64,000 nt of DNA from an uncultured Trueperaceae bacterium (GCA_963799485.1 CAWCXJ010000007.1:480001-544000); one strand, 5' to 3'; positions 9,476 through 20,725 are shown, numbered from the stretch's first letter. Numbers and translations are program-made. The notes: generated by a model not told the origin, from the letters alone.

Positions 9476-9503
9476 AAACCGGCCCACTCACTGGGCTTTT
9501 TCG
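9476..9503 (+). terminator. Intrinsic terminator
   Basis: GGCCCA-ctcac-TGGGCTTTTT. Confidence 0.55.
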
Positions 9504-9810
9504 TATCATGCCGAACCTTCTACGAACATGAGCGCCGAGATACACCGACGACCGACGGCTGCAAGCACCTAAAGGGCAGCCGCGGCATGTCGTTTGTCTA
9601 CCCCCTGATCTATATTACGGTCGCTAACACTAACGAGACGACGCAGCAACCGGACGGTCTCGACAGTAGCCCGCTAACCTTGCAACACGCAGCCGCCTGT
9701 GACCTTGGTTTATGCGTTTGACCTACCCGCCATTGACTCATGGGGTTACAGGAGTTTTATGACCCCTTTTGAGTAATTGAGGGCAGGATGTCATAAGCTA
9801 TAGTGCAAAA

Positions 9811-10095
9811 ATGGCAAAAGCAGACGTGACGCCCGAAGTAGGTGAACCCACACAAGAAGTGCCGGAACCGTGTGAGTCGGGTGAAGCACTCGAGCTTGAC
9901 GAGGCTGCGTCAGACCGTGCTTTGGACAAGTTCTGGCTAGATAATCCAAACTACGAACCGTCGGATGAGTACGTTGCTCATTTGCGGGGAGCAAAGGCGC
10001 GGTACGAGCAGCGGAAGGCTTCACGACCTCCCCGCGAAGAGCTTCTACGCCGTGCCGAAGCGTTGTTTGCAAAGATAGAGGCCCGTCGCCGCTAA
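9811..10095 (+). CDS. Small hypothetical protein, paralog of 9221-9463
   Basis: TATAGT 6 nt before ATG (leaderless); similarity to upstream small ORF. Confidence 0.7.
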   Translation: MAKADVTPEVGEPTQEVPEPCESGEALELDEAASDRALDKFWLDNPNYEPSDEYVAHLRGAKARYEQRKASRPPREELLRRAEALFAKIEARRR

Positions 10096-10407
10096 GAACG
10101 TAAATCTGTTTCATGTGTCTCCGGCATTGCACAGCTCGAGGTGATCGTTATCAAACCTTCTTCGCTATCTGGCAGCGGTCATAGTAGAACACCGACAAAC
10201 TCTGTAACAACACGATATGCCAACAAATCACGTCCGTGACACTGATACTGAGTCCAAAACTTAAGACCAATTTAAGACCACAGGCTTAAAATAGAGCGTT
10301 AAGGGTCGTGAAGAAACGGGAAGTGTACTTGACAGATTTACGTGTGGGTGGGACTAAATACTGGTTTACGAACTGAACCGTGACAGACCGTGAAAGCCTT
10401 TTTGACT

Positions 10408-10452
10408 TTGACACTGTAGAGGTCGGCAGTTCAATCCTGCCCGCGCCTACCA
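10408..10452 (+). other. 3' half of tRNA-Val(GAC); att site (attR-like)
   Basis: TTGACAC loop, TGTAG, AGGTC, T-arm GGCAG-TTCAATC-CTGCC, acceptor strand and CCA; no 5' half upstream. Confidence 0.88.
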
Positions 10453-10550
10453 AGAGAAACAACGTCACAGACGCAAGAATAAGCTCCGCTCGTGTGCGGG
10501 GCTGTTCTCGTTTAGGGTCGGCTTGCACCTTATTTGCACCTACAGGATTT

Positions 10551-11025
10551 TTAGTTTACGGCGTCCGGGTTGCTAGGTTTAGGTAAGAAGTCGAGTAGGG
10601 ATACAGCGCTCTGTGCCCGCTGTGATTCAAACAGGTGCGTGTAACGGTCGAGGGTAAAAGATGCTCGAGCGTGCCCTAGCCGGTCGGCTAATACCTTCGC
10701 ATCCATCCCGCTATGAATCGCAATAGAGGCGTGTAGGTGCCGGAGGTCGTGCAGCCGCACTATGGGCACCTCTGCCTTTTTCATTAAGTGGTCACGCACC
10801 CGCTTCAGGTTGTCGGGGTTGGGGAGTGTGCCGACCTCGGACGTAAAGACGAACAGGTTAGGTAGCTCGGCGTCGATCAACTCATGACCCTTTTGCACCG
10901 CCACGGTGAGCGTTTCGGGCCATGCTTCCCCTAACGCGGCGCGCTCGGCCTCTTGACGCTGACGGTGCAAGAACAGCAGCGCGAGCACATCGGTTGATAA
11001 AGCCACGGTACGAAAGCCCTTCTTT
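10551..11025 (-). pseudogene. Tyrosine integrase C-terminal fragment, 5'-truncated by IS630
   Basis: RLHDLRHLHAS, LGH, YTH catalytic motifs. Confidence 0.9.
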
Positions 11026-11027
11026 TA

Positions 11028-11310
11028 GCATTTCCACTAATTACTGCTCCACCTCATAACCACAATGCTCGAAGGTATTGAGGACTTGCATAGGAGTCAC
11101 GGTTTTGACTGCTTCACAAAAGGCTTGAATGAGGTTGCCTTGCGTGTCAGGGCGAAGACTTTTGATGAACGCTTTAACCTTAGCAAAAAGGTGTTCGATG
11201 GGGTTTAGGTCGGGTGAGTAGGTCGGCAGATATAAGAGTTCACAACCGAAGCGTTCGACCAGTTCTCTAACCTCTTCACCGTGGTGAACAGTCCAGTTAT
11301 CTAAAACAGA
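11028..11310 (-). pseudogene. IS630 transposase 3' remnant
   Basis: VLDNWTVHH, YLPTYSPDLNPIE; abuts TA at 11026-11027. Confidence 0.85.
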
Positions 11311-11375
11311 AGTGGACCCCTGAAAGCGGACAGACCCCTTAGTTGAAAGCACTAAGCTTTCAGAAGGGGGAAGAG

Positions 11376-11657
11376 ATGAAAAAGCAGAGACGAAACCACT
11401 CAGCTGCATTCAAAGCCAAGGTTGCACTAGCGGCAGTCAAAGAGGAGAAAACACTCGCTGAGTTGTCGCAACAGTTTGGGGTTCACGTTCAGCAAATCTC
11501 GGCCTGGAAACGGCAGCTGCTCGAGCAAGCAAGCGATGTGTTCGAGAGCGGTAGCGACAAAAAGCGTAACTTCGAGGCCGAGGTCAAAGAGTTGCACGCC
11601 AAGATCGGCGAGCTAACGATGGAACGAGATTTTTTGTCCAACAAGTCAGGTCGTTGA
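11376..11657 (+). CDS. IS3 transposase OrfA
   Basis: HSAAFKAKVAL HTH and LHAKIGELTMERDFL zipper; T-run slip site. Confidence 0.9.
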   Translation: MKKQRRNHSAAFKAKVALAAVKEEKTLAELSQQFGVHVQQISAWKRQLLEQASDVFESGSDKKRNFEAEVKELHAKIGELTMERDFLSNKSGR

Positions 11658-12550
11658 GCCGCACCGAACGTAAAGCGATGGTCAATCCTAAGACGCAGTT
11701 GTCGGTGGTCAAGCAGTGTCGTTTACTTGGTGTGAGCCGTTCGTCGGTGTACGACCAGGGAGCGGTCGTGTCAGACGAGGAGCTCTCACTCATGCGTCAG
11801 CTTGACGAAATCCACCTTGCCCGACCCTTCCTGGGAAGCCGTCGGCTGGTTGACGAACTCAAAGACCGTGGTCTTACAGTCAACCGCAAACGGGTTCAGC
11901 GCTTGATGCCGATCGTGGGCATTACCGCCAGTTATCCCAAGCCGAGAACGTCCAAAGCCGCCAAGGGACACGACGTCTACCCCTACCTCCGACGCGGCCT
12001 CGATTTTGAGCGAGCCAACCAGGTATGGGTCGCCGATATTACCTACTTGCCTATGGCTGGAGGTTTCTGCTACCTCGTTGCGGTCATGGACTTGTACAGC
12101 CGCAAGATTCTCAGCTGGCAACTGTCGAACACGCTCGACCCACGCTTTTGCGTCACTGCCCTTGAAGAAGCGCTGCAACGCTACGGTTCACCTGAAATCT
12201 TCAATACCGACCAGGGTGCTCAGTTCACATCTCAAGTATTCACCAGGTTACTCGACCGGCATGGCGTCCAAATCAGCATGGACGGCAAAGGTAGGTGGAT
12301 TGATAACGTCTTTATCGAACGCTTCTGGCGCAGTCTCAAGTACGAAGAGGTTTATCTTTTCGCCTATGGCGACCTGGCTGAAGCCCGAACTGGCCTAGAT
12401 CGCTACATGCGCTACTACAACGGCAAACGGCGTCACAGCAGCTTGGGCAAGCAAACGCCTGATGAGGTGTACTATCAAGCGACGAGCAACCCTGCACGAT
12501 CTGCTCTAAAGGTTCCAGGTCAGGCGTTGACGCCTGAACCTTGCTCGTGA
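11654..12550 (+). CDS. IS3 transposase OrfB (DDE)
   Basis: WVADITY, FNTDQGAQF, DNVFIERFWRSLKYE. Confidence 0.93.
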   Translation: MSRTERKAMVNPKTQLSVVKQCRLLGVSRSSVYDQGAVVSDEELSLMRQLDEIHLARPFLGSRRLVDELKDRGLTVNRKRVQRLMPIVGITASYPKPRTSKAAKGHDVYPYLRRGLDFERANQVWVADITYLPMAGGFCYLVAVMDLYSRKILSWQLSNTLDPRFCVTALEEALQRYGSPEIFNTDQGAQFTSQVFTRLLDRHGVQISMDGKGRWIDNVFIERFWRSLKYEEVYLFAYGDLAEARTGLDRYMRYYNGKRRHSSLGKQTPDEVYYQATSNPARSALKVPGQALTPEPCS

Positions 12551-12671
12551 ATAAAGTTAGGAACTAATCGGGTGCTGTCCGGCGGATGGGGTCCACCTTT
12601 CTCAGGAATATTTAGGAGCGCAGAACATCCTTGGTTAGAAAAGAGTTTACCTTATTATCTTTCCATAAACC

Positions 12672-13955
<1,284 letters not shown>

Positions 13956-14029
13956 TCACGCCCTCAACTTTACCCGCACGCCACATCTCGCTTGCCCTGA
14001 GCTGTTAAAGTTTGGGTCATGGAGGCGTT

Positions 14030-14995
14030 ATGAAACTAGGTATGGTCGGACTCGGACGAATGGGTGGCGATATGACGCGCCGCTTGCTGGGGGACGGGCA
14101 CGAGGTCGTCGTTTACGACTTGTCAGAAGATGCCATCGCTGAGCTGAAGAAAGAAGGCGCGTCGGGCTCGTCCGGAATTGACGATATGGTCGCGCAGTTG
14201 GATGCGCCGCGCGTGCTGTGGCTGATGCTGCCGTCGGGCAAGATTACGCAGGGTGCAGTCGATGAAGCGTTGTCCCACCTGCAACAAGGCGACATTCTGG
14301 TCGACGGGGCGAACTCGAACTGGGAGGACTCGCGCCGCCGCGCCGAGCAAGCTGAGGCCGAGGGCGTTCACTACGTCGATTGCGGGGTTTCGGGCGGTGT
14401 TTGGGGGCTCCGCGAAGGCTACAACCTGATGGTCGGCGCGTCCGATGAGGCGTTTGGAACCCTCGAGCCCGTCTTAAAAACCCTCGCACCTGAAAACGGC
14501 TACGCGCACGTCGGCCCTTCCGGAGCCGGACATTTCGTCAAGATGATTCACAACGGCATCGAGTACGCCATTATTCAGTCTTACGGCGAAGGGTTCGAGG
14601 CGATGGCGAAGTATCCGCACGCCGAGCTGAACTTGGAGCAGATTTCCGAACTGTGGACGCACGGGTCGGTGGTGCGGTCGTGGCTTTTAGAACTCGCGGC
14701 GCTGGCGCTTAAAAAAGATGTCGGACTCAACGATGTGCGGGCGTATGTGGACGACTCGGGGATGGGCCGCTGGACGGTGCAGTACGGCGTAAATAACGCG
14801 GTACCGATGGCGGCGATTGCGGCGGCGCTGTTTGCGCGCTTCTCGAGCCGTGAAACCGATTCGTTCGCCGCCAAACTCGCCGCTGCGCTGCGTAACGAGT
14901 TCGGCGGTCACGCGGTTCACGAGGTGCTCGAGGCCGAAGGCGTCGAGGCGTCCGGCGTCGAGGCGTCCGCGCCCCCCGCAGCGAAAGAGGGTTAA
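14030..14995 (+). CDS. gnd: 6-phosphogluconate dehydrogenase (short form)
   Basis: GLGRMG, VSGGVWG, KMIHNGIEY, LRNEFGGH. Confidence 0.95.
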   Translation: MKLGMVGLGRMGGDMTRRLLGDGHEVVVYDLSEDAIAELKKEGASGSSGIDDMVAQLDAPRVLWLMLPSGKITQGAVDEALSHLQQGDILVDGANSNWEDSRRRAEQAEAEGVHYVDCGVSGGVWGLREGYNLMVGASDEAFGTLEPVLKTLAPENGYAHVGPSGAGHFVKMIHNGIEYAIIQSYGEGFEAMAKYPHAELNLEQISELWTHGSVVRSWLLELAALALKKDVGLNDVRAYVDDSGMGRWTVQYGVNNAVPMAAIAAALFARFSSRETDSFAAKLAAALRNEFGGHAVHEVLEAEGVEASGVEASAPPAAKEG

Positions 14996-14997
14996 AG

Positions 14998-16419
14998 ATG
15001 GCTCCGCCCTGTACGTTTGTCATCTTCGGCATTACCGGCGACCTCGCCGCCCGCAAACTGATGCCTGCGATTTTCGAGCTCCATAAAAGCGGCGCGCTCA
15101 ACCCGGAAACGAAGCTGGTGGGGTACTCACGGCGCGACTGGGACGACGCCAAGTTGCAAGATGAGGTCAAAAAGGCGCTGCAAAAGTTTGCGGCTAAAGC
15201 GTTTAACAAAGACGATTGGGACACGCTCGCCCCACGTTTTTCGTTCGTTTCAGGGGGTTACGACGACGCCGCCGGTTTTACGCGCCTAGCTGAACACCTG
15301 GACGAACTCGGACTCCCCGACCGCATCTTCTACACCTCGACGCCGCCGAGTACCTACGGCGGCATCGTCGAACATTTGGGACGCGCGGGCCTCAACCACA
15401 GCCCCGGCTGGACGCGGCTGGTCATCGAAAAACCGTTCGGTAACGATCTGAAAAGCGCGCAGGAACTCAACAAAACCGTGCTCGAGAACTTCGATGAGTC
15501 GCAGGTCTACCGTATCGACCACTACTTGGCTAAAGAGACGGCGCAAAATATCGCCGCCCTGCGTTTTGCCAACTCGATTTTCGAGCCCACCTGGAACTCG
15601 CAGTACGTTGACCACGTACAGATTACGATGGCCGAACCCATGGGCGTCGAGGGGCGCGGCTCGTTTTACGACGAGACCGGCGTGATCCGCGACGTGATTC
15701 AAAACCACTTATTGCAACTCGTGGCTTTGACCGCCACCGAACCCCCGAGCCGCTACGACGCCATCAGCGTCCGCGACGAAAAGGTCAAGGTCTTTCAGGC
15801 GATGACGTGCGCGAACCCTGCCGCCGCCGTGATCGGGCAGTATGCGGGCTACCGGCAAGAGCCGGACGTGGCGAAGAGCTCACGTCAAGGAACCTACGCC
15901 GCCTTAGAGTTGCAGATTGCCAACTGGCGCTGGGCTGGCGTCCCGTTTTTTATCCGGAGCGGTAAAGCCTTAAAGTCCAAATCGAGCGAAATCGTGGTCG
16001 TCTACAAACGCCCGCCGCACATTCCCTTTGAGCTGCGCGGCCCGGTCAAACCCGACCGCATCATCTTGCGGCTGCAACCCAATGAGGGCATCAGCCTCCG
16101 CTTCGTCGCCAAACGTCCGGGGCAAGGCGTGAGCTTAAGCCGCGCGAGTATGGACTTTTACTACGACGAGGAGTTCGATACGAACGGGCGCGACGCTTAC
16201 GAAACGCTCTTAGAGGACGCGATGATGGGCGACGCCACGCTCTTTATGCGCGCCGACGAGGTTGAGGCGCAGTGGCGCATCGTCGAACCGGTGATCAGCG
16301 CTTGGGAGAAAAACTTCGACGACCCGGCGCTGTACGAACGGGGCACCTGGGGGCCGGAAGAGGCGGACATGCTGCTCGCCAAAAGCGGACGTATCTGGAA
16401 CATTCCCGAAACCGAATAG
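14998..16419 (+). CDS. zwf: Glucose-6-phosphate 1-dehydrogenase
   Basis: GITGDLA, EKPFG, RIDHYLAKE. Confidence 0.96.
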   Translation: MAPPCTFVIFGITGDLAARKLMPAIFELHKSGALNPETKLVGYSRRDWDDAKLQDEVKKALQKFAAKAFNKDDWDTLAPRFSFVSGGYDDAAGFTRLAEHLDELGLPDRIFYTSTPPSTYGGIVEHLGRAGLNHSPGWTRLVIEKPFGNDLKSAQELNKTVLENFDESQVYRIDHYLAKETAQNIAALRFANSIFEPTWNSQYVDHVQITMAEPMGVEGRGSFYDETGVIRDVIQNHLLQLVALTATEPPSRYDAISVRDEKVKVFQAMTCANPAAAVIGQYAGYRQEPDVAKSSRQGTYAALELQIANWRWAGVPFFIRSGKALKSKSSEIVVVYKRPPHIPFELRGPVKPDRIILRLQPNEGISLRFVAKRPGQGVSLSRASMDFYYDEEFDTNGRDAYETLLEDAMMGDATLFMRADEVEAQWRIVEPVISAWEKNFDDPALYERGTWGPEEADMLLAKSGRIWNIPETE

Positions 16420-16443
16420 CCGAGAGACAACTGAGGAGAACCT

Positions 16444-16650
16444 GTGAACGACACCCCAAAGCAACCCGAACACGAATCAGACGGTCAAGGCACCGAAAAA
16501 ACGCCCGACCGGGCACAACCCGAGCTGACCGAGCAAAATTTGCTGCTCGAGGAGCGAGGCGAAGCCGACCCCGAACAGCGCCGTAAAATAGAGGGGGAGC
16601 TAGAAGAGATGGAAGACGACCTCGAGGACGCAAACGCGAAAAGCGAATAA
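16444..16650 (+). CDS. Small acidic hypothetical protein
   Basis: RBS GAGGAG before GTG; 68 aa. Confidence 0.6.
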   Translation: MNDTPKQPEHESDGQGTEKTPDRAQPELTEQNLLLEERGEADPEQRRKIEGELEEMEDDLEDANAKSE

Positions 16651-16789
16651 GTCGTCGGTAGCGTGCGGGGTACGGGCTCGCGATATTACGGCTCGAGCCC
16701 TGCTTTTTGCCAGTTTGTGTATATCTACTTGAATATCTGCAATAACTTTCAATTTTACGTCTGTGACGTACTTTGTGCTAGCCTGAGTT

Positions 16790-17674
16790 ATGGCGAACAT
16801 CAGCATCTTAGGCATTCCGCTCGATTTGGGCGCGGGGCGGCGCGGCGTCGATATGGGGCCGAGTGCGCTCAGGCTCGCAGGCTTGGCTGCAAACTTGCAA
16901 AAACTCGGGCACACGGTTTTTGACCACGGCAACGTGCAGATGCCGGTTGCCGAGGCCATCCCGACTGAAAACGGGCTTCACTACGCCCAAACGATTGCCG
17001 AAACCTGCCGTCAGGCGTTTTTAGAATTTAGAGATATTCCCAAAACGGTTTTTCCCATTGCGCTGGGCGGCGACCATTCGGTCTCTTTAGGCAGCGTAGC
17101 GGGGTTTGCCCAAGCCGGGCGCACGGGCGTCATCTGGGTAGACGCGCACGCCGACCTCAATACGCCCGAGAGCAGCCCAAGCGGAAACATTCACGGGATG
17201 CCGCTCTCACATTTGTTGGGCAGCGGTGATAAAAGGTTGCTCGAGATTTGGGGCGGTGGCGCAGTATTACAACCCCAAGACCTCGTGTTTATCGGGTTGC
17301 GGAGCTTGGATCCGTTCGAGCGGGCGTTTATCCGTGAACATAATATCCGCGCCTACACGATGAAAGAGATCGACAAACGCGGCCTCGCAGTTGTGGCAGA
17401 AGAAGCTACCGAATATCTCTCGCACGTTCCGCGGCTTCACCTCTCGTTCGACGCCGACGCGCTCGACCCGGCCATCGCGCCGGGTGTCGGCACCCCGGTA
17501 CCGGGCGGGCTCAGCTACCGCGAAGCGCACCTCTTGATGGAGCTGTTAGCCGATTCGGAAAAGGTCACGAGCCTCGATTTGGTCGAGGTCAATCCGGTTT
17601 TAGATATTAAAAATACAACCGGACGGATTATGGTCGAGATGGCGACGTCGCTGCTCGGCAAGGCGATTCTTTGA
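16790..17674 (+). CDS. rocF: Arginase
   Basis: GGDHS, DAHADLN, SGNIHGMP, SFDADALDP. Confidence 0.95.
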   Translation: MANISILGIPLDLGAGRRGVDMGPSALRLAGLAANLQKLGHTVFDHGNVQMPVAEAIPTENGLHYAQTIAETCRQAFLEFRDIPKTVFPIALGGDHSVSLGSVAGFAQAGRTGVIWVDAHADLNTPESSPSGNIHGMPLSHLLGSGDKRLLEIWGGGAVLQPQDLVFIGLRSLDPFERAFIREHNIRAYTMKEIDKRGLAVVAEEATEYLSHVPRLHLSFDADALDPAIAPGVGTPVPGGLSYREAHLLMELLADSEKVTSLDLVEVNPVLDIKNTTGRIMVEMATSLLGKAIL

Positions 17675-17689
17675 GCCTGATAGTGTTCA

Positions 17690-18103
17690 GCTTGAAGACA
17701 GAGGATGTCCGGGAGCAAACTCCAACAAGTCCTAAAGATTGCCGTAAAGGTCTTTGAACACCGCGATCACACCGTAATCAGCCTGTTTTGGTTCACGCAC
17801 AAACGCTATGCCTTTAGCCACCATCTCGTTATAGTCACGCCAAAAATCGTTGGTGCGGAGAAACAAAAAGACTCTGCCGCCCGACTGATTGCCGATAAAC
17901 GCTGCTTGCTCGGGGGTTGAGGCTCGAGCTAACAAGAGATTTGGGCCCCCTGAACCGGGCGGCGCAACCACGACCCAGCGTTTATCTTGCTCGGTTTAGT
18001 AGGTGTCTTCTACCAGGGTGAAATGAAGCTTTTGGGTATAAAACTCAATAGCTTCGTCGTAATCTCCGACAATCAGCGCGACGTGAACGGTAGACTGCCT
18101 CAT
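17690..18103 (-). pseudogene. VOC/glyoxalase family pseudogene
   Basis: MRQSTVHVALIVGDYDEAIEF, then frameshift/stop; GNQSGGRVFLFL..DFW..Y and FKDLYGNL* with a premature stop. Confidence 0.8.
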
Positions 18104-18141
18104 GTTGACCTCTACAGTGCCGGGGGCTGTTTTTAGACAAT

Positions 18142-19041
18142 TCAGTCCGTACTCAGTCCGTAACTCGGCGGCTCGTAGACACTCAAGGCTTTTTTAAGCC
18201 GGGGGATGTACCCCTCTAACGCCGCGTCCCCGGCGGTCATCGCAACTTCCGCACCGCGAAAGTTAAACCAGCTGATCGGCGGGTTCGTGTGAACATAGAG
18301 CGCTTCATCGGACAAGATTTGCGGCGTCTGCCACGCGGTCATGGTGTGCGCGAGCGAACGCCCGAGCTGCCGCATCGGATGTGCGCCGGGGTGGTCGCGC
18401 AAGCTTTTGTGAACGTGCTGCCCCATCCGGGTGGTGAGCCAACGCTGGGCAAAACGAATCGCGCCGGAGTCGGCCTCCTCGAGCCCCGCCCCGATCCCTA
18501 GTGCGATGTCGAGGTCGTAGCCCTCCAAGGTGGCGAGCGGCAGCGGCGACCCGAGCCCGCCATCGACCAGAAACCGTCCGCCGAGTTCCACGGGTGAAAA
18601 CACACCCGGCATCGAGGCGCTTGCACGCAAGGCTCTCGCCAGCGGCCCGGTGCTCAGATTGACGGGTTCGCCGGTGGCGAGGTCGGTGGCGACGACAACG
18701 AGGGTGCGTTTCAGATCGCTAAAACTCCGGCCTTCGACGAGTTCGTCTAAGTAGGCCTCGAGCTTGTCCCCTGAAAAAAGCGCCGCTTTGTGCAGGCCAA
18801 AGTCAAGCACTTTAGAGAGGTCGCGCCAGCGCATACTGTTGGCTGTTCCGGCAATCTCTTGCGGCGTCAAGCCCGCCGCGTAGAGCGCGCCGACAATTGC
18901 CCCGAAGCTCGTTCCGACAATCAGGTCGGGCGCAAAATCGTGACGTTCCAAACACGAGAGCGCCCCGATATGGGCAAACCCACGGGCGCTGCCGCCACCT
19001 AACGCTACACCGATTTTTAAGGGGGAACTCGAGCCGCTCAC
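18142..19041 (-). CDS. Patatin-like phospholipase
   Basis: GGGSARGFAH, GTSFG, DGG; start uncertain. Confidence 0.92.
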   Translation of the reverse strand: MSGSSSPLKIGVALGGGSARGFAHIGALSCLERHDFAPDLIVGTSFGAIVGALYAAGLTPQEIAGTANSMRWRDLSKVLDFGLHKAALFSGDKLEAYLDELVEGRSFSDLKRTLVVVATDLATGEPVNLSTGPLARALRASASMPGVFSPVELGGRFLVDGGLGSPLPLATLEGYDLDIALGIGAGLEEADSGAIRFAQRWLTTRMGQHVHKSLRDHPGAHPMRQLGRSLAHTMTAWQTPQILSDEALYVHTNPPISWFNFRGAEVAMTAGDAALEGYIPRLKKALSVYEPPSYGLSTD

Positions 19042-19133
19042 GCTTAACCAGTATAGCCCCTGTTCCTTATAATGACCTGTGTAGTATTCAGCTTCTATCC
19101 TCTGGCTCCAACTGGACGTGACGCCCCTCAATT

Positions 19134-20006
19134 ATGAATCTGCCCAAAGACCTGACTCTCCTCGTGATGCACCACCGCACCCCGGCTGTTTTGAGGACGT
19201 GTCTGGCAAAACTCAGCGGTTTTGTTCCCGGTACGCGCGTTATCGTGGTCGATAGCAGCCCGCCGGACGAAACACCGCACGTTACGACTGAACTTTTGAA
19301 AGTACCCAACCACAGCTTCGCGCACATGCTCAACTGCGGCCTCAAGCTTGTGGAAACGCCCTACGCCGCGCACATGAACGCTGACGTTTTTCTCGAGCCG
19401 GGTACAGTGGCGCGGCTTTTAGAAGTAGTGCAACAACCGGGCGTCGGCATGGTCGGGCCAATGGTAAGGACGCCGGACGGTCGGCTGCAAAACCAGGGGC
19501 TTCCCTATCGGCGGCACTACGCAAACCTAAACCGCAGCGCCCAAGCTTCTATCCCGGTGCCGTGGCTTTCAGGCTGCTTACAGCTGGTACGCACCGAAGC
19601 GGTCGCCGCCGTCGGCGGGATGGACGCCTCGCTGCGGTTTTACAACGAAGACATGGAGTGGTGTTTTCGGTTTCGGCGTGCGGGTTGGGCGTGTCAGCTG
19701 GTCAAGACCGAGGTTTTGCATCTCGGCGGCGCGTCTACGCCCAAAGACCCGCGTTTTATCGTCGAGGGCTACCGGGGCGGGTACAAGCTTTCGCAGCGCT
19801 ATCGCGGCGCGGCGTATAGAGGGTTGCACGGCACCGCCGTAAAAATGCAGAGTTCGTGGGATGAGCGGTTTAGCCGCGACCCGGTGCAGCGGCAGGCCGC
19901 TGTAAACATCAGCGAGATGTTCCGGCGTGGTGAATTTGACGAGAGTCCGTTTGGAAGTACGTTAGCGGACGACAACCTATGGTTTTCGGTGGAAAGAGCT
20001 ATGTGA
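19134..20006 (+). CDS. Glycosyltransferase family 2
   Basis: VVDS, MNADV, YNEDMEWC, HLGGAS. Confidence 0.88.
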   Translation: MNLPKDLTLLVMHHRTPAVLRTCLAKLSGFVPGTRVIVVDSSPPDETPHVTTELLKVPNHSFAHMLNCGLKLVETPYAAHMNADVFLEPGTVARLLEVVQQPGVGMVGPMVRTPDGRLQNQGLPYRRHYANLNRSAQASIPVPWLSGCLQLVRTEAVAAVGGMDASLRFYNEDMEWCFRFRRAGWACQLVKTEVLHLGGASTPKDPRFIVEGYRGGYKLSQRYRGAAYRGLHGTAVKMQSSWDERFSRDPVQRQAAVNISEMFRRGEFDESPFGSTLADDNLWFSVERAM

Positions 20007-20124
20007 AATCTCCCCCACTACATGAACATAGGGGAGAACAAAGCAATTCTACAACTTGCTTACCAGTGGTTTTAAGGTCGCCGGAAGGAAACGCTGACTG
20101 GAAAACTGCCAGAGATGCCGGAAC

Positions 20125-20607
20125 CTATACATACCTTTCGGCCTCAAAGAGGACTATTGATTCTAACATCACTTCATCAGCTTCATCTAATGTAAAGGAA
20201 AAGGAATGCTCGAATGTCCGTTCTTCCCCACGCCTCAACACTACATCGGGAAATGCCTTAAAGTAGCTCGAGCCGTCCAGCAAGCGATACTTAGAGGACA
20301 GACTATTACTGTTAGGGCTACACAAACCTGTTTCGTTGATAGCGACGCCATTCGAGTCTACACCCTCATTAAAGCAAACCCCTATACTGGCTGAAAGGGA
20401 TACTTCTGCAAATGTGCTTCTTGGGTCAACTGCAAGCATTGCTTTTACAGTAACATTCACTTCATCACCAACTATGGCTTGCTCGGGTTGCACAACTAAT
20501 GTTACAGGACTGATATTGAGTCGGTCATCGATTGCAGCTAGCTCGTTAGGGCAAGCGCTGAGTAGCGGCGCAAGCACCAAAAGTAGCAGTAGCGATTTTA
20601 CTCTCAT
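20125..20607 (-). CDS. Putative lipoprotein (lower GC)
   Basis: Signal peptide with LLSAC lipobox. Confidence 0.65.
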   Translation of the reverse strand: MRVKSLLLLLVLAPLLSACPNELAAIDDRLNISPVTLVVQPEQAIVGDEVNVTVKAMLAVDPRSTFAEVSLSASIGVCFNEGVDSNGVAINETGLCSPNSNSLSSKYRLLDGSSYFKAFPDVVLRRGEERTFEHSFSFTLDEADEVMLESIVLFEAERYV

Positions 20608-20725
20608 AACAGCAGCCTTTCCCGAAGAGGCTAAAAGCACTCTATTGTGTTGCGATTAAGTACTTTACAGTAGTCGCCGCGTTGCTCTACGGGCAAGCGG
20701 GGTTTGATAAGTGTTTTGTAGGCAA

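Larger units (their letters stand above)
1..10452. mobile_element. Right part of a decaying tRNA-Val-targeted integrative element (phage-satellite/PICI-like: xis, primase, AAA helicase, regulator, cargo); left end lies outside the window
   Basis: Replication-module gene content; 11-bp-period direct repeat at 10261-10280; 3' half of tRNA-Val at 10408-10452. Confidence 0.75.
11313..12595 (+). mobile_element. IS3-family insertion sequence
   Basis: TG...CA ends; IRs TGGACCCCTGAAAGCGGACAG / TGGACCCCATCCGCCGGACAG. Confidence 0.92.

Noticed and set aside
10380..10452. Complete tRNA-Val gene
   Set aside because: No D-arm or 5' acceptor strand upstream of the anticodon loop
16716..16746. Tandem ArgR boxes before arginase
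   Set aside because: AT-rich with one TGAAT half-site, but the second halves match poorly
20075..20100. SRP RNA-like CCGGAAGGAA motif
   Set aside because: Flanking conserved bases and long stem are missing
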